DNA from: Nitrospinota bacterium
Lineage (GTDB): Bacteria > UBA8248
Direction: 5' to 3'
Assembly: GCA_046581755.1 (NCBI GenBank)
Contig: JAYGFR010000171.1
Coordinates: forward strand, 1 to 13,856
Length of the DNA stretch: 13,856 nucleotides
In this document: in pieces, positions 1 through 8,075 of the stretch
How the letters are laid out: each line of letters opens with the position of its first letter
Numbering within the stretch: position 1 is the stretch's first letter
Program-made: the position numbers and the translations under genes
Notes under the pieces: generated by a model
Told to the model about the DNA's origin: nothing
The model's database searches: none
Seen by the model: only the letters and a program-made list of their open reading frames with translations

Positions 1-508
1 CGAGAACTCCGGGCGCCAGCAGATCGTCCAGCCGCTCGATGGCGGCGGGAAGTTCGATCGTCGCCGCCGCCAAGGTGGTGCGGTTGCCCTCCTCGAGGAG
101 ATCTTCGTGCTTGATGGGCCGGTAGTCGTTGATCGCCAGCGGGCCGGGCATGCTCCGGTCCCCGCGCGGGGGAAAGTAGAGCTCGCGTCCGATCTGCTCA
201 ACCTGCTCCACCGATTCGAGATGCGGGAAGATGATCTCCTGTGCCCCATTGTCCAGGTGCACGGTGGAGAGGTGATGATCGAAACCGCACACACGGACGA
301 TGGGCGTCACACCCACACCCAAGGCGGCGCGGCAGAGCGCCGTGCTGGTCTCGGTGCTGAACGCGGAATGCTCGGTGTCGATGAACAGAGAGTCGAACCC
401 GGCGTTGGCCGCGAAGCGCGCCTGCTCGGTCCCGCCGAACCAGCGGATACCGTAGCCGTAGGTGCACTCCCCCCGTTCAAGCTTTTCCTTCGTGAGGTTA
501 GGATACAT
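1..508 (-). CDS. HpcH/HpaI class II aldolase family protein (partial, 3' end beyond window edge)
   Basis: Not in the ORF track (no stop in window). Manual translation from ATG at 508: MYPNLTKEKLERGECTYGYGIRWFGGTEQARFAANAGFDSLFIDTEHSAFSTETSTALCRAALGVGVTPIVRV...LDNGAQEIIFPHLES...YFPPRGDRS...ATIELPAAIERLDDLL. GFDxxFIDxEH, PxVRV, LDxGA and FPPxGxR motifs are typical of HpcH/GarL. GGAGAG RBS upstream. Confidence 0.88.
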   Translation of the reverse strand, partial: MYPNLTKEKLERGECTYGYGIRWFGGTEQARFAANAGFDSLFIDTEHSAFSTETSTALCRAALGVGVTPIVRVCGFDHHLSTVHLDNGAQEIIFPHLESVEQVEQIGRELYFPPRGDRSMPGPLAINDYRPIKHEDLLEEGNRTTLAAATIELPAAIERLDDLLAPGVL

Positions 509-527
509 GGTTCTCTCCAGGGAAAAA

Positions 528-743
528 CTAATTCGTCTTGCGGGTCATCGAAATGTCTTTTTCGCTCAGCCTGATACACGAGCCTTCGCCCTGGGAGCAA
601 TAGGCGGTCTCTCCGGTGCGGGTGTTCACCCGCCAAATCACGTTCCATGTAGGCGTGGAGACGATTTCGTATTGAGGGGTCGAAAAAAATATGGCCAGCG
701 CCACCAAGGCGGCGGCGATGATGATGGCCTGCGGGTAAGTCAT
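528..743 (-). CDS. small hypothetical membrane-anchored/exported protein (71 aa)
   Basis: Strong RBS (GGAGG) before ATG; N-terminal hydrophobic helix AIIIAAALVALAIFF; beta-rich C-terminal part with two Cys (WRVNTRTGETAYC...SC); 19 bp gap to the aldolase start. Confidence 0.7.
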   Translation of the reverse strand: MTYPQAIIIAAALVALAIFFSTPQYEIVSTPTWNVIWRVNTRTGETAYCSQGEGSCIRLSEKDISMTRKTN

Positions 744-862
744 TCAAAATCCTCCGAAATTCGGGATTCGTGGGAATATGAGGGCGCGTTGGCGGCCCGT
801 AATTGCCGCAACAGGGGAATCTAAATAAATCTTAACAGAACATCCCCTTGCTACGCCCCATA

Positions 863-891
863 TTTATAGGCTGGAGGCAGCGAATCGTCTA
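863..891 (-). promoter_or_regulatory. putative sigma70 promoter for small protein-aldolase unit
   Basis: Minus strand TAGACG (891-886) - 17 nt - TATAAA (868-863), about 120 nt upstream of ATG 743. Confidence 0.5.
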
Positions 892-986
892 GAGCCAAAC
901 ACAATTGCCCGTTCGCGAAAATGGTTGCGGTCCGGATCCCCTCCGGTGGGCGCATGAAGCCGCCAAGCATCGGGAAAGGTCCACGG

Positions 987-2345
987 CTAGGCCACCAACG
1001 ACATGAGTGCCCGGATGTCCGGCTCGTTTTCCAATTGAACGAGCATCGAAAGCACCTTCCCGGAGAGGCCGGAGGAGATCGTTTGGGCGGTGCAATCCAT
1101 GAATTTGGCATGAACTTCCTCATCCGTCAGAGGCAACGCGGCGTTGCCGCGAGAGATGGTGCCCGTTTTTTGGAGCGTGCGCCCGTCCGTTGTTTTGACG
1201 GTCACGGTCGCCGGCCGCGCGGAGCCCGGCGTCCATTCCACGTTTTCGGCCAGGTGGACGTGAACCTTGCTCATCGTCTCCCGCACGCCGGGCTCGTTTA
1301 CGGCATCGTCGGTGAACGTACTTAAAGTAAGATTCCCGTCCATCAGAATCCGCGATAAGGCGTATTCGCCCGAGAATTTCCCCTGAAGCCCCGTTTGGGG
1401 GGTGTGGTAGCTCAAATTCAAAAAATTCGGCTCCATTAAGGCCACGTCAATTTCATCGACGGAGTCCGGGGTGAGATCCCCCTCTGCGATTAATTCGCGC
1501 AGGGCATCGATGGATGGATGGGCCGACATGCAGCAGGGATATGGCTTGAGATTGACGCCCGGATCCTCGAAAACGAAGGGAGCGCCGAGGGATTCGGTTA
1601 TCTCCTCCAGCCGGTAGTTGCCCGCGCCCGCAAAAGCTTCGCAGTACCCGCTTTTTGCCTCCAGAATATCTGTATTGGCGGTGATCCCGGCGGCGGCGAG
1701 GCCGGCCGCCCGGACGCCCGACTCGGCGGCGAGGCCGGCATGGAGCGGCTTCGTCATGGTTCCGAAATTGGCGCGCACCCCGGAGGCGTGCGAGGCGGCG
1801 ATACCGAGGGCAAACCGTGTTTTCTCGGAATCCAGCCCGCGAAGATGGGCCCCCGCCCCCGCCGCCCCCATGGCGCCGAGGGTGCTCGTCGGGTGCCATC
1901 CGTTGTCGTAGAGGCCCATGTTCATCCCGCGTCCCAGCTTCGAGGCGACCTCGAAGCCGACGATGAAGGCCTCGATGATGTCCCGCCCCGATGCATTCTG
2001 ATCCTCCCCCTGCGCCAAGGCGGCGGGAATAACGGCGACGGTGCCATGTCCCATCAGCGACCAGTTCGAATCATCGAAATCGAGTGCGTGACCGAGCGTG
2101 CCGTTGGCCAAAGCCGCCCAGGGCGGCGCGCAGCGCAGGCCGGCGCCAATGACGGTGGCCGAGCCATCTTTCGACATTCCGCGGACGTAGGCCGAGACGT
2201 TTTTCGCCACGGGCTCCGCGCCGGCCGCCAGGGCGACGCCCATCGTGTCTATGATCGATCTCTTGGCCATATGGATCGCCTTTTCGGGGATATCTTCCAG
2301 ACGGGTATCGACGATAAATTCGGCCATCCGTTCGGTAGCGTTCAT
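987..2345 (-). CDS. MmgE/PrpD family protein (2-methylcitrate dehydratase/iminodisuccinate epimerase-like)
   Basis: 452 aa; ALANGTLGHALDFDD, GWHPTST, GTMTKPLHAG, KPYPCC and KFS motifs; RBS CAGGAGG. Confidence 0.93.
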   Translation of the reverse strand: MNATERMAEFIVDTRLEDIPEKAIHMAKRSIIDTMGVALAAGAEPVAKNVSAYVRGMSKDGSATVIGAGLRCAPPWAALANGTLGHALDFDDSNWSLMGHGTVAVIPAALAQGEDQNASGRDIIEAFIVGFEVASKLGRGMNMGLYDNGWHPTSTLGAMGAAGAGAHLRGLDSEKTRFALGIAASHASGVRANFGTMTKPLHAGLAAESGVRAAGLAAAGITANTDILEAKSGYCEAFAGAGNYRLEEITESLGAPFVFEDPGVNLKPYPCCMSAHPSIDALRELIAEGDLTPDSVDEIDVALMEPNFLNLSYHTPQTGLQGKFSGEYALSRILMDGNLTLSTFTDDAVNEPGVRETMSKVHVHLAENVEWTPGSARPATVTVKTTDGRTLQKTGTISRGNAALPLTDEEVHAKFMDCTAQTISSGLSGKVLSMLVQLENEPDIRALMSLVA

Positions 2346-2504
2346 GCACGCGCCTCCTGCGTCTTATTCTCGTGAAGAGAGCGATAAAAATGAGGTTCCC
2401 GCAGCGTTTATTTCTTTGAAGAATAGCACAACGCGCACCGGGCGCACGGGGGCATACCCCCCGGCGCCGGAACAACGACCCGTTATCCGGTTCCCCTCCA
2501 TCTA

Positions 2505-2534
2505 TTGACGCTGCCGCCGGGGCAGCCCTAAAGT
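2505..2534 (+). promoter_or_regulatory. putative sigma70 promoter of the acyl-CoA dehydrogenase gene
   Basis: TTGACG (2505-2510) - 18 nt - TAAAGT (2529-2534); inverted repeat GCTGCC-N5-GGCAGC (2510-2526) lies almost entirely in the spacer. Confidence 0.5.
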
Positions 2535-2570
2535 AAAAAAATTATTCAAGTCATCAATCAAGGAGAAGAA

Positions 2571-3758
2571 ATGGATTTCAGCCTGACCGAAGAACAACGC
2601 GCCATTCGGGATTTGGCCCGGACGTTCGCCCGCGAGGAGTTGATTCCGCAGTGCGCCGAGTTCGATCGCCTGCCCGACGGGGCCGACGCCTTCCCGTGGG
2701 ATCTGCTCAAGCGCGGCTCGGAGCTGGGCTTCAACGCCCTTGCCGTTCCCAAAAAGTACGGCGGCACCGGCGCCGATGTGCTGACCCAATGCATCGTCAT
2801 CGAGGAGCTCTCGGCGGGTGAGCCCGCCGTCTCCAAGGTGTATAGCCACAACTGGAAGGCGCTCTTCGGCCTCATGGCGATGGCCTCGGAAGAGCAAGTC
2901 CTGCGTGTCGTGCCGGGCTTTCTCGAAGACCCCGGCTACTGCATCAGCATCGGCATCACCGAGCCGAACGCCGGGAGCGACAATTCACTCCCGTATAGCG
3001 GGACGCTGTCGGCGGGGCCCATGCTCACCGCCGAGCGGAAGGGCGGCAGCTATGTGCTCAACGGCACCAAGCAGTTCATCGCCATGGGCGCTCAGGCAAA
3101 ATTCATGACGATATTCGCCCGCACGGATAAATCGGTTCCCTGGACGGAGGGCACCTCGGGCTTCATGCTTTTCCCGCCCAAGGAGGGATTCGAGGTCGGA
3201 CGGCTCCACGACAAGGTGGGCCTGCGCCTTTATCCGCAACACGAACTCATTTTCAGGGACTGTGAATTTTCCGAGGAAGACCGGCTGGGCGAGGAGAACC
3301 AGATCCACGCGAGCCGGCGGAATATTTCCAACATCACCAACATCGGCACTTTGGAGGCCACATCGACGGCCCTGGGCATCGCCCGCAGAGCCTACGAGCT
3401 TGCGCTGAATTATTCGAAAGAGCGCGTTCAGGGCGGCAAGCCCATCATCGAGCATCATCTCATCGCCATGACGCTCCTCGAGATGTTCACCCGCCTCGAA
3501 GCGGCGAGGACGATGATGTGGCGCTCCGCCCACAGCATCGACAACGGAGGGAGCGACGATCCGAAGCTTCCGCGCGCCACCAAGGTCCTGGCCGTCGAGG
3601 CGCTCAACTTCATCACCACAAAAGCGGTCGAGATATGGGGCGGCATGGGCGTGATGAAGGAAGCCCCGATCGAAAAGCTCTATCGCGACGCGATCCAGCT
3701 GTACCATATGGGAAACACAAACCAGGTGAACATGCTCAAGGCGATGGCCGATCTGTAG
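2571..3758 (+). CDS. acyl-CoA dehydrogenase family protein (atypical active site)
   Basis: 395 aa; MDFSLTEEQ start, ITEPNAGSD, YVLNGTKQFI, DKVGLR, YSKERVQGGKPI, AVEIWGGMG and EKLYRDA motifs; RBS AAGGAG. Confidence 0.93.
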   Translation: MDFSLTEEQRAIRDLARTFAREELIPQCAEFDRLPDGADAFPWDLLKRGSELGFNALAVPKKYGGTGADVLTQCIVIEELSAGEPAVSKVYSHNWKALFGLMAMASEEQVLRVVPGFLEDPGYCISIGITEPNAGSDNSLPYSGTLSAGPMLTAERKGGSYVLNGTKQFIAMGAQAKFMTIFARTDKSVPWTEGTSGFMLFPPKEGFEVGRLHDKVGLRLYPQHELIFRDCEFSEEDRLGEENQIHASRRNISNITNIGTLEATSTALGIARRAYELALNYSKERVQGGKPIIEHHLIAMTLLEMFTRLEAARTMMWRSAHSIDNGGSDDPKLPRATKVLAVEALNFITTKAVEIWGGMGVMKEAPIEKLYRDAIQLYHMGNTNQVNMLKAMADL

Positions 3759-3760
3759 GG

Positions 3761-3815
3761 CTTTCTCCCCTGAATTTTCTCTCTGGGGTTTTCTCTCAGG
3801 GGTTTTCTTCCTGAA
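3761..3815 (+). repeat. four imperfect ~14-bp tandem repeats forming a terminator-like hairpin
   Basis: CTTTCTCCCCTGAA / TTTTCTCTCTGGGG / TTTTCTCTCAGGGG / TTTTCTTCCTGAA; CCCCTGA (3767-3773) can pair with TCAGGGG (3796-3802), followed by TTTTCTT. Confidence 0.6.
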
Positions 3816-3825
3816 CTCGGGGCGC

Positions 3826-4943
3826 ATGAAGCGCCCTGAGCCGGCAAGGAATGATCATGCGGCTAAACAACTCGGCATCGCCGTCATCGGCTCTGGGCGG
3901 ATCGGAACCCTCCACGCCACGATGGCGGGGGCGCATCCGGCGGTGAATTTCCTCGCCATTTCGGACCAGGACGCGGCCAAGGCCTCCGCGCTGGCAGAAA
4001 AAACCGGGGCCGACCTCCACTCGGGCGACAATCTGGAGCTCATCTCGCGGCCCGAGGTGGATTCCGTCATCGTCTCCACCTCGGAGCACGAACACATGGT
4101 CCCCGTCATTCAAGCCCTCGAGCGGGGCAAGCCGGTTCTGGTCGAATAACCCATCGCCCTGCGGCTCGAGGACGCCGGCCGGATGCTCGACGCCGCCGAG
4201 CGGTCGGGAACCGAACTCCGGGTCGGCTACAGCATGCGCTTCAACAGGCGCTACCTCTGGCCAAGGAGCAGATCGTCCAGGGCCGCTTGGGCCGGATCGT
4301 GGGCGGCACCGCGTGCCTCTACAACACGCGGGCCCACGGGCTCCAGATTCTCCAAAGGTCCCCTGAAGCCACGTTTGTCCAGGATACACTCACCTATCTG
4401 GCGGATATTTTTTGCTGGTTCATGGAAGGCAATCCGCCCGTCAAAATTTATGGGCGCGGGCACGGGGTCGTCTACCGGGAGGCCGGGTACGATGTGGACA
4501 AAGTGACATGGGCGGTGCTCACCTTCGCCGACGGCGCGGCCGTGAGCCTGGGGGTGGGGTACGCGTGGCCGCCCAAATATCCCACCGACAGGCGGCTGGT
4601 GAGGACCGAGGTGTTGGGAGAAAAGGGGGTGCTGTTTTTGGATGAGGATCACAAGGAAAATATTCTCTACACCGAAGAGGGCTTCCCGCACGCCCACGTT
4701 CCGGGCCACGGGCTGGAGATGGTATTTCTGACCAGCAACGCCTCCGGGAACATGGCGCTGGGAGATTGCTGGGGCCCGCTCGGGGATGAGACCCGCTCCT
4801 GGATCGACCACCTCGCGACCGGGAGGCCGTGCCCGCACGCAACGGCCGAGCAGGCCCGCCAGACGCTTGAGGTGACCTCGGCGATCGATCGCTCCGCCCG
4901 GACCGGGGAAGCCGTTTCGCTTCCCCTAGAAGAGGGGATTTAG
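3826..4943 (+). pseudogene. Gfo/Idh/MocA family NAD(P)-dependent oxidoreductase, interrupted (in-frame TAA 4147-4149; 1-nt deletion near 4257); true pseudogene or sequence error
   Basis: Joins ORFs 3826-4149, 4183-... and 4287-4943: IAVIGSGRIG Rossmann motif, VLVE*PIA (EKP motif), VGYSMRF, then shifts to AKEQIVQGRLGRI...WGPLGDETRSW. Restoring one base gives about 372 aa collinear with the paralogue at 11401-12513. Confidence 0.85.
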
Positions 4944-6412
4944 GTCCGGGCGGGAGACGAACTTCTGGGAAATTTTAAGCTTGCCGATACGGCGGTAGAG
5001 CGCCGAGCGGCTGATTTTCAACAGGGCGGCCGCGCGCGTGATGTTGCCCCTCGTATATTCGAGCGTCTCCCGAATCAGGCGGGATTCGGTTTCTTTGAGG
5101 GAAAGAACCGGGGCCGCCTTCTTTTCTTCGGCCTCCGCCCGGGACGGGAGGGTTTCGGCGGCGGAGTTTGAAAAATCGCGTATTCCGCGCGCCGCGGCCC
5201 GGACCGAGGGGGGCAGGTCCATGATATCGATCGCCGGCGCTTCGCTCGTATGCGATGCCTGGCGGATGACGTTTTTCAATTCCCGGATGTTCCCGGGCCA
5301 GGCGTAGGCGCTCAAAACCCTTAGGGCTTCCCGGGTGATGTGCAGATCGGGGCGGTGGGTTTCGGACCGAATCCCGGAAAGAAAGAAATTCGCCAAATGC
5401 TCGATGTCTCCCCCGCGTTCGCGAAGCGGCGGGATATGCACCTCCCAGGGATCGAGGCGCCCCATCAGCTCCCCGATGGGATTCCCTTCATCGGCGGGGT
5501 TTTGCGCGCCGGTCCGGACGGAGAGGAATATCCGGATATCCAGGGGCGGGCCGAAGCGGCCGATATGAAATTTATCCGCCGGCCCCAGATGCTCCATCAA
5601 TTTGCCGCAAAGGGCGGGCTCCAGCCGGTCGATTTCTTTTAGGAACAGCGTTCCCCCGTTCGAGCGCAGCCGCTGGCTGTCCATCCTCCGGTCCCGCTTG
5701 AGGGAATTCCGCAGTATCGGCGCGAACACATCGTCAAATGCGCTCTCCCTTCGGAGAACGGCGCAGTTGATGGTGTAGAACGGATCGTCGGCACGCCTGC
5801 TGTTGTAGTGGAGGGCGCGGCGGCGAGTTCCTTGCCCGTTCCGGCTTCGCCCCGGAAAATCACCGGAATTTCGCTTTCCGACAATCTTCTGAGATCATCC
5901 ATCACAAGGCATACGCCGGGGCTCGTCCCGGCGATGTTGTCGAAGTCGCCCCGCAGGCGCAGTTCGTTTTTGAGCTTTTTCGTCTCCTGGATGAGCTCTT
6001 TGGTTTTCAGGGCGTTTTAAATGGCTGTGTTCAGGCGCTCCGGCGGATTGGGCTCGAGAATGACGTCGTGCGCGCCCAGGCGCATGGCGCGGCAGGAAAA
6101 ATCGGCTCTCGCCGAATCCGCAAGCAGGATGATCATGCTATCGGCCCGCAGGTGGCGAATCCGGGAGAGGATTTCGAGGCTCCCCACGCCCGGCGGGGCG
6201 ATCCCTATGAGGATGACATCCGGGGGCGAGAGGGAGACGGACTTCAACAGTACCTCTCCGTCCTCGAAACTTTGAACGGTGTACCCCTCGCGGCGAAGGA
6301 TGGACTGGACTTTGGTCCTATCGCCGGGTTCGTTCAGGATGATATGAATGGTGGAAAGATTTTCGGCCGGGAGGATATTCGATGCTGTGAGCTGCCACCC
6401 GAATTTCGTCAT
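4926..6412 (-). pseudogene. NtrC/AtoC-like regulator (pseudo-receiver + degenerate sigma54 AAA+ domain + Fis HTH), interrupted (in-frame TAA 6017-6019; 1-nt deletion near 5819)
   Basis: Joins ORFs 6017-6421, 5639-5905 and 4926-5729: receiver-like N-terminus, GEAGTGKELAARALHYNS, PFYTINCA, GGTLFLKEI, IPPLRER, YAWPGNIRELKNVI and GNITRAAALLKISRSALYRRI HTH. About 495 aa when repaired; start 6412 or 6421. Confidence 0.85.
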
Positions 6413-6547
6413 CGCTTTCACCTATCGAGGAGGGAAGGTTTTGAACCTGAATGGGCCACGAGTCTAAAGATAGGCCGGCCGGAAGAAATAACTGTGATGC
6501 CGGTCTCCATTCGAAGTTATGTTTCGGATCGGTATCTCAACAATGAA

Positions 6548-6577
6548 ATTTTCGAAAATAACGAAAGCATTTCGAAT
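6548..6577. promoter_or_regulatory. putative operator: palindromes in the divergent intergenic region
   Basis: Perfect 12-bp palindrome ATTTTCGAAAAT (6548-6559) followed by CGAAA-GCA-TTTCG; several TTCGAA-like half-sites between regulator and AhpD-like gene. Confidence 0.35.
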
Positions 6578-6654
6578 CCATCAAGCCCCGCATCGGGGAA
6601 ATCCGGGGCGGACGGGAGATGTTTTTCATTATATGAATGGGAGGTTTAAGGGAG

Positions 6655-7329
6655 ATGACGGCTAGGTTGCGAATGATCGGGCTCGACGAAGCGGAAGGGG
6701 ATGTCGCCCGCTATTATGAGGCGACAGAGGCGTTTCTCGGGCGGGTTCCGAACTCGGCGCGAATTCTGGCGCACTCGCCCCATGTGGCGAAGATGTACCT
6801 AGCCTTCAACGCCACATTGCAGCGGGAGGGAGCCGGCAGTTTTTTATCGTCCAAGATCAAGGAAATGGTCATCCTGAAAACGAGCCAGGTGAACGCCTGC
6901 GACTACTGACTCACGCACAACACGGCGCTTGGTCAAGCGGCGGGAATCACCGAAAAGCAGCTCGATGCGATCTTTTCGGACGCCTACATGGAATCGCCCG
7001 AACTCTCCCCCCGGGAGCGGGCGGCCGTCCTGTGGGCCGAACATTTCACCAAGAATACGGTGCGGGATCGGCCGGATGTTTTCGATGAGGTGCGAAAACA
7101 CTTTTCCGATGCCGAGATGGTCGAACTGTCCCTGATGAGCGGCAAGCAGGGGATGATGAATCGCTTCATGGATTCGTTCCAGATTCCCATCGAGGGCGAA
7201 GAGGAAGTGAACAAGATCAGGAAATCCGTCCGCGCCGATCCGGACAAAATGAAGGTCTATCTCGAAACGCTGACGGCGAACTGGCCCGAACGTTTTCCCG
7301 AACCCGATTCGACCGCGCCGGGCGTATAG
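6655..7329 (+). CDS. AhpD-like / carboxymuconolactone decarboxylase family selenoprotein (CxxU), 224 aa
   Basis: ORFs 6637-6909 and 6988-7329 share a frame and are separated only by TGA 6907-6909. Read-through gives KEMVILKTSQVNACDY-U-LTHNTALGQAAGITEKQLDAI...LSPRERAAVLWAE...FSDAEMVELSL...NRF, the AhpD CxxCxxH core with Sec as second Cys. SECIS-like hairpin follows; RBS upstream of ATG 6655. Confidence 0.88.
6907..6944 (+). promoter_or_regulatory. bacterial SECIS-like element
   Basis: TGA, then 21 nt to the apical loop; stem CGCTT (6926-6930) / loop GGTC (6931-6934) / AAGCG (6935-6939), extendable by C6923-G6942 and G6924-C6941. Loop resembles the GGUCU of the E. coli fdhF SECIS. Confidence 0.75.
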
Positions 7330-7384
7330 GCCCCTGTATCTTTCGATTGCCGGAGGAGGCGCGCCGCCCTCCCGGCATCCCTCG

Positions 7385-7408
7385 GCCCCCGCTGGGGGGC
7401 TTTTCTTT
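7385..7408 (+). terminator. Rho-independent terminator after the selenoprotein gene
   Basis: GCCCCC-GCTG-GGGGGC hairpin followed by TTTTCTTT; preceded by a second GC-rich hairpin at 7348-7377. Confidence 0.7.
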
Positions 7409-7431
7409 CGATTCACCATGGAGATCTGCAT

Positions 7432-7824
7432 ATGAGCGAGGAAGAGTACGCCAGAGGAAAAGAAATTCGCAATCAAGCCTTCCGGGAAGAAGGCCTCGGG
7501 CGGTGGGAGGAGCTGAACGAAATCGCTCCGGCCCACGCGCGGGCCATCCACGAGTATTGTTTCGGCCAGATGTGGGACCGGCCCCATCTGGACATGAAAT
7601 TCCGCGAGTTGATCGTCATCGCGACCGCCGCCGCCCAGGACCTTCCGGGCGAGGTCAAAATGCACGTGCGGGGAGCGCTGAACCGCGGAGGAACAAGAGG
7701 CGAGGTTATCGATACCATTTTGAACTGCGCCCCCTATATCGGATTTCCCAAGACGAATCACGCGCTCTACGCCGCCAAGGAGGTTCTCGATCTATGGGAT
7801 GACGAAAAAGGGGACTGGAAGTAG
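7432..7824 (+). CDS. carboxymuconolactone decarboxylase (PcaC/CMD) family protein
   Basis: 130 aa; YCFGQMWDRPHLDMKFRELIVIA, HVRGALNRG and APYIGFPK motifs; RBS GGAG; no CxxC. Confidence 0.9.
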   Translation: MSEEEYARGKEIRNQAFREEGLGRWEELNEIAPAHARAIHEYCFGQMWDRPHLDMKFRELIVIATAAAQDLPGEVKMHVRGALNRGGTRGEVIDTILNCAPYIGFPKTNHALYAAKEVLDLWDDEKGDWK

Positions 7825-7836
7825 AAAGGAAAATTG

Positions 7837-7883
7837 GCCGAATGATTCCAGCGTGGCGGGCCTTTTTCCGATATCGGATCTGA
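7837..7883 (+). repeat. 47-bp direct repeat, left copy
   Basis: GCCGAATGATTCCAGCGTGGCGGGCCTTTTTCCGATATCGGATCTGA; 38/47 identical without gaps to 9944-9990. Confidence 0.85.
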
Positions 7884-8075
7884 ACGGCGGCCAGGCCGCG
7901 TCCCGTCTTGGAATGGCGAAGGAAATAAAACCGGGGTTTGCGTTTGACCCATAATCTTTCCGGCCGAACCGATTGGTCGATAGCATTTTATCGCAGGGGA
8001 GATGGTCTCGATGGGATTTGGCGGGCTTATTTCAAAGGGAGATCCATAATACGGAAATTCAATGCGCATGGGATA

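Noticed and set aside
107..824. Plus-strand ORFs 107-574 and 462-824; minus ORFs 198-467 and 307-747
   Set aside because: Shadow or alternative frames of the aldolase and small-protein genes; no motifs or RBS.
3761..3815. Possible mini-CRISPR array
   Set aside because: Units are about 14 bp, contiguous, with no spacers and no cas genes.
4922..4943. Hairpin TCCCCT-AGAAG-AGGGGA in the 18-bp convergent overlap as a bidirectional terminator
   Set aside because: Lies within both coding ends with only weak U-tracts; insufficient support.
6422..6654. Sigma54 -24/-12 promoter
   Set aside because: No convincing TGGCAC-N5-TTGC match found, and the regulator lacks GAFTGA.
6907..6909. TGA as Trp/Gly (code 4/25) or as a nonsense mutation
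   Set aside because: Four genes here stop at TGA, Trp is encoded by TGG, and the codon sits at a catalytic Cys column with a SECIS-like hairpin.
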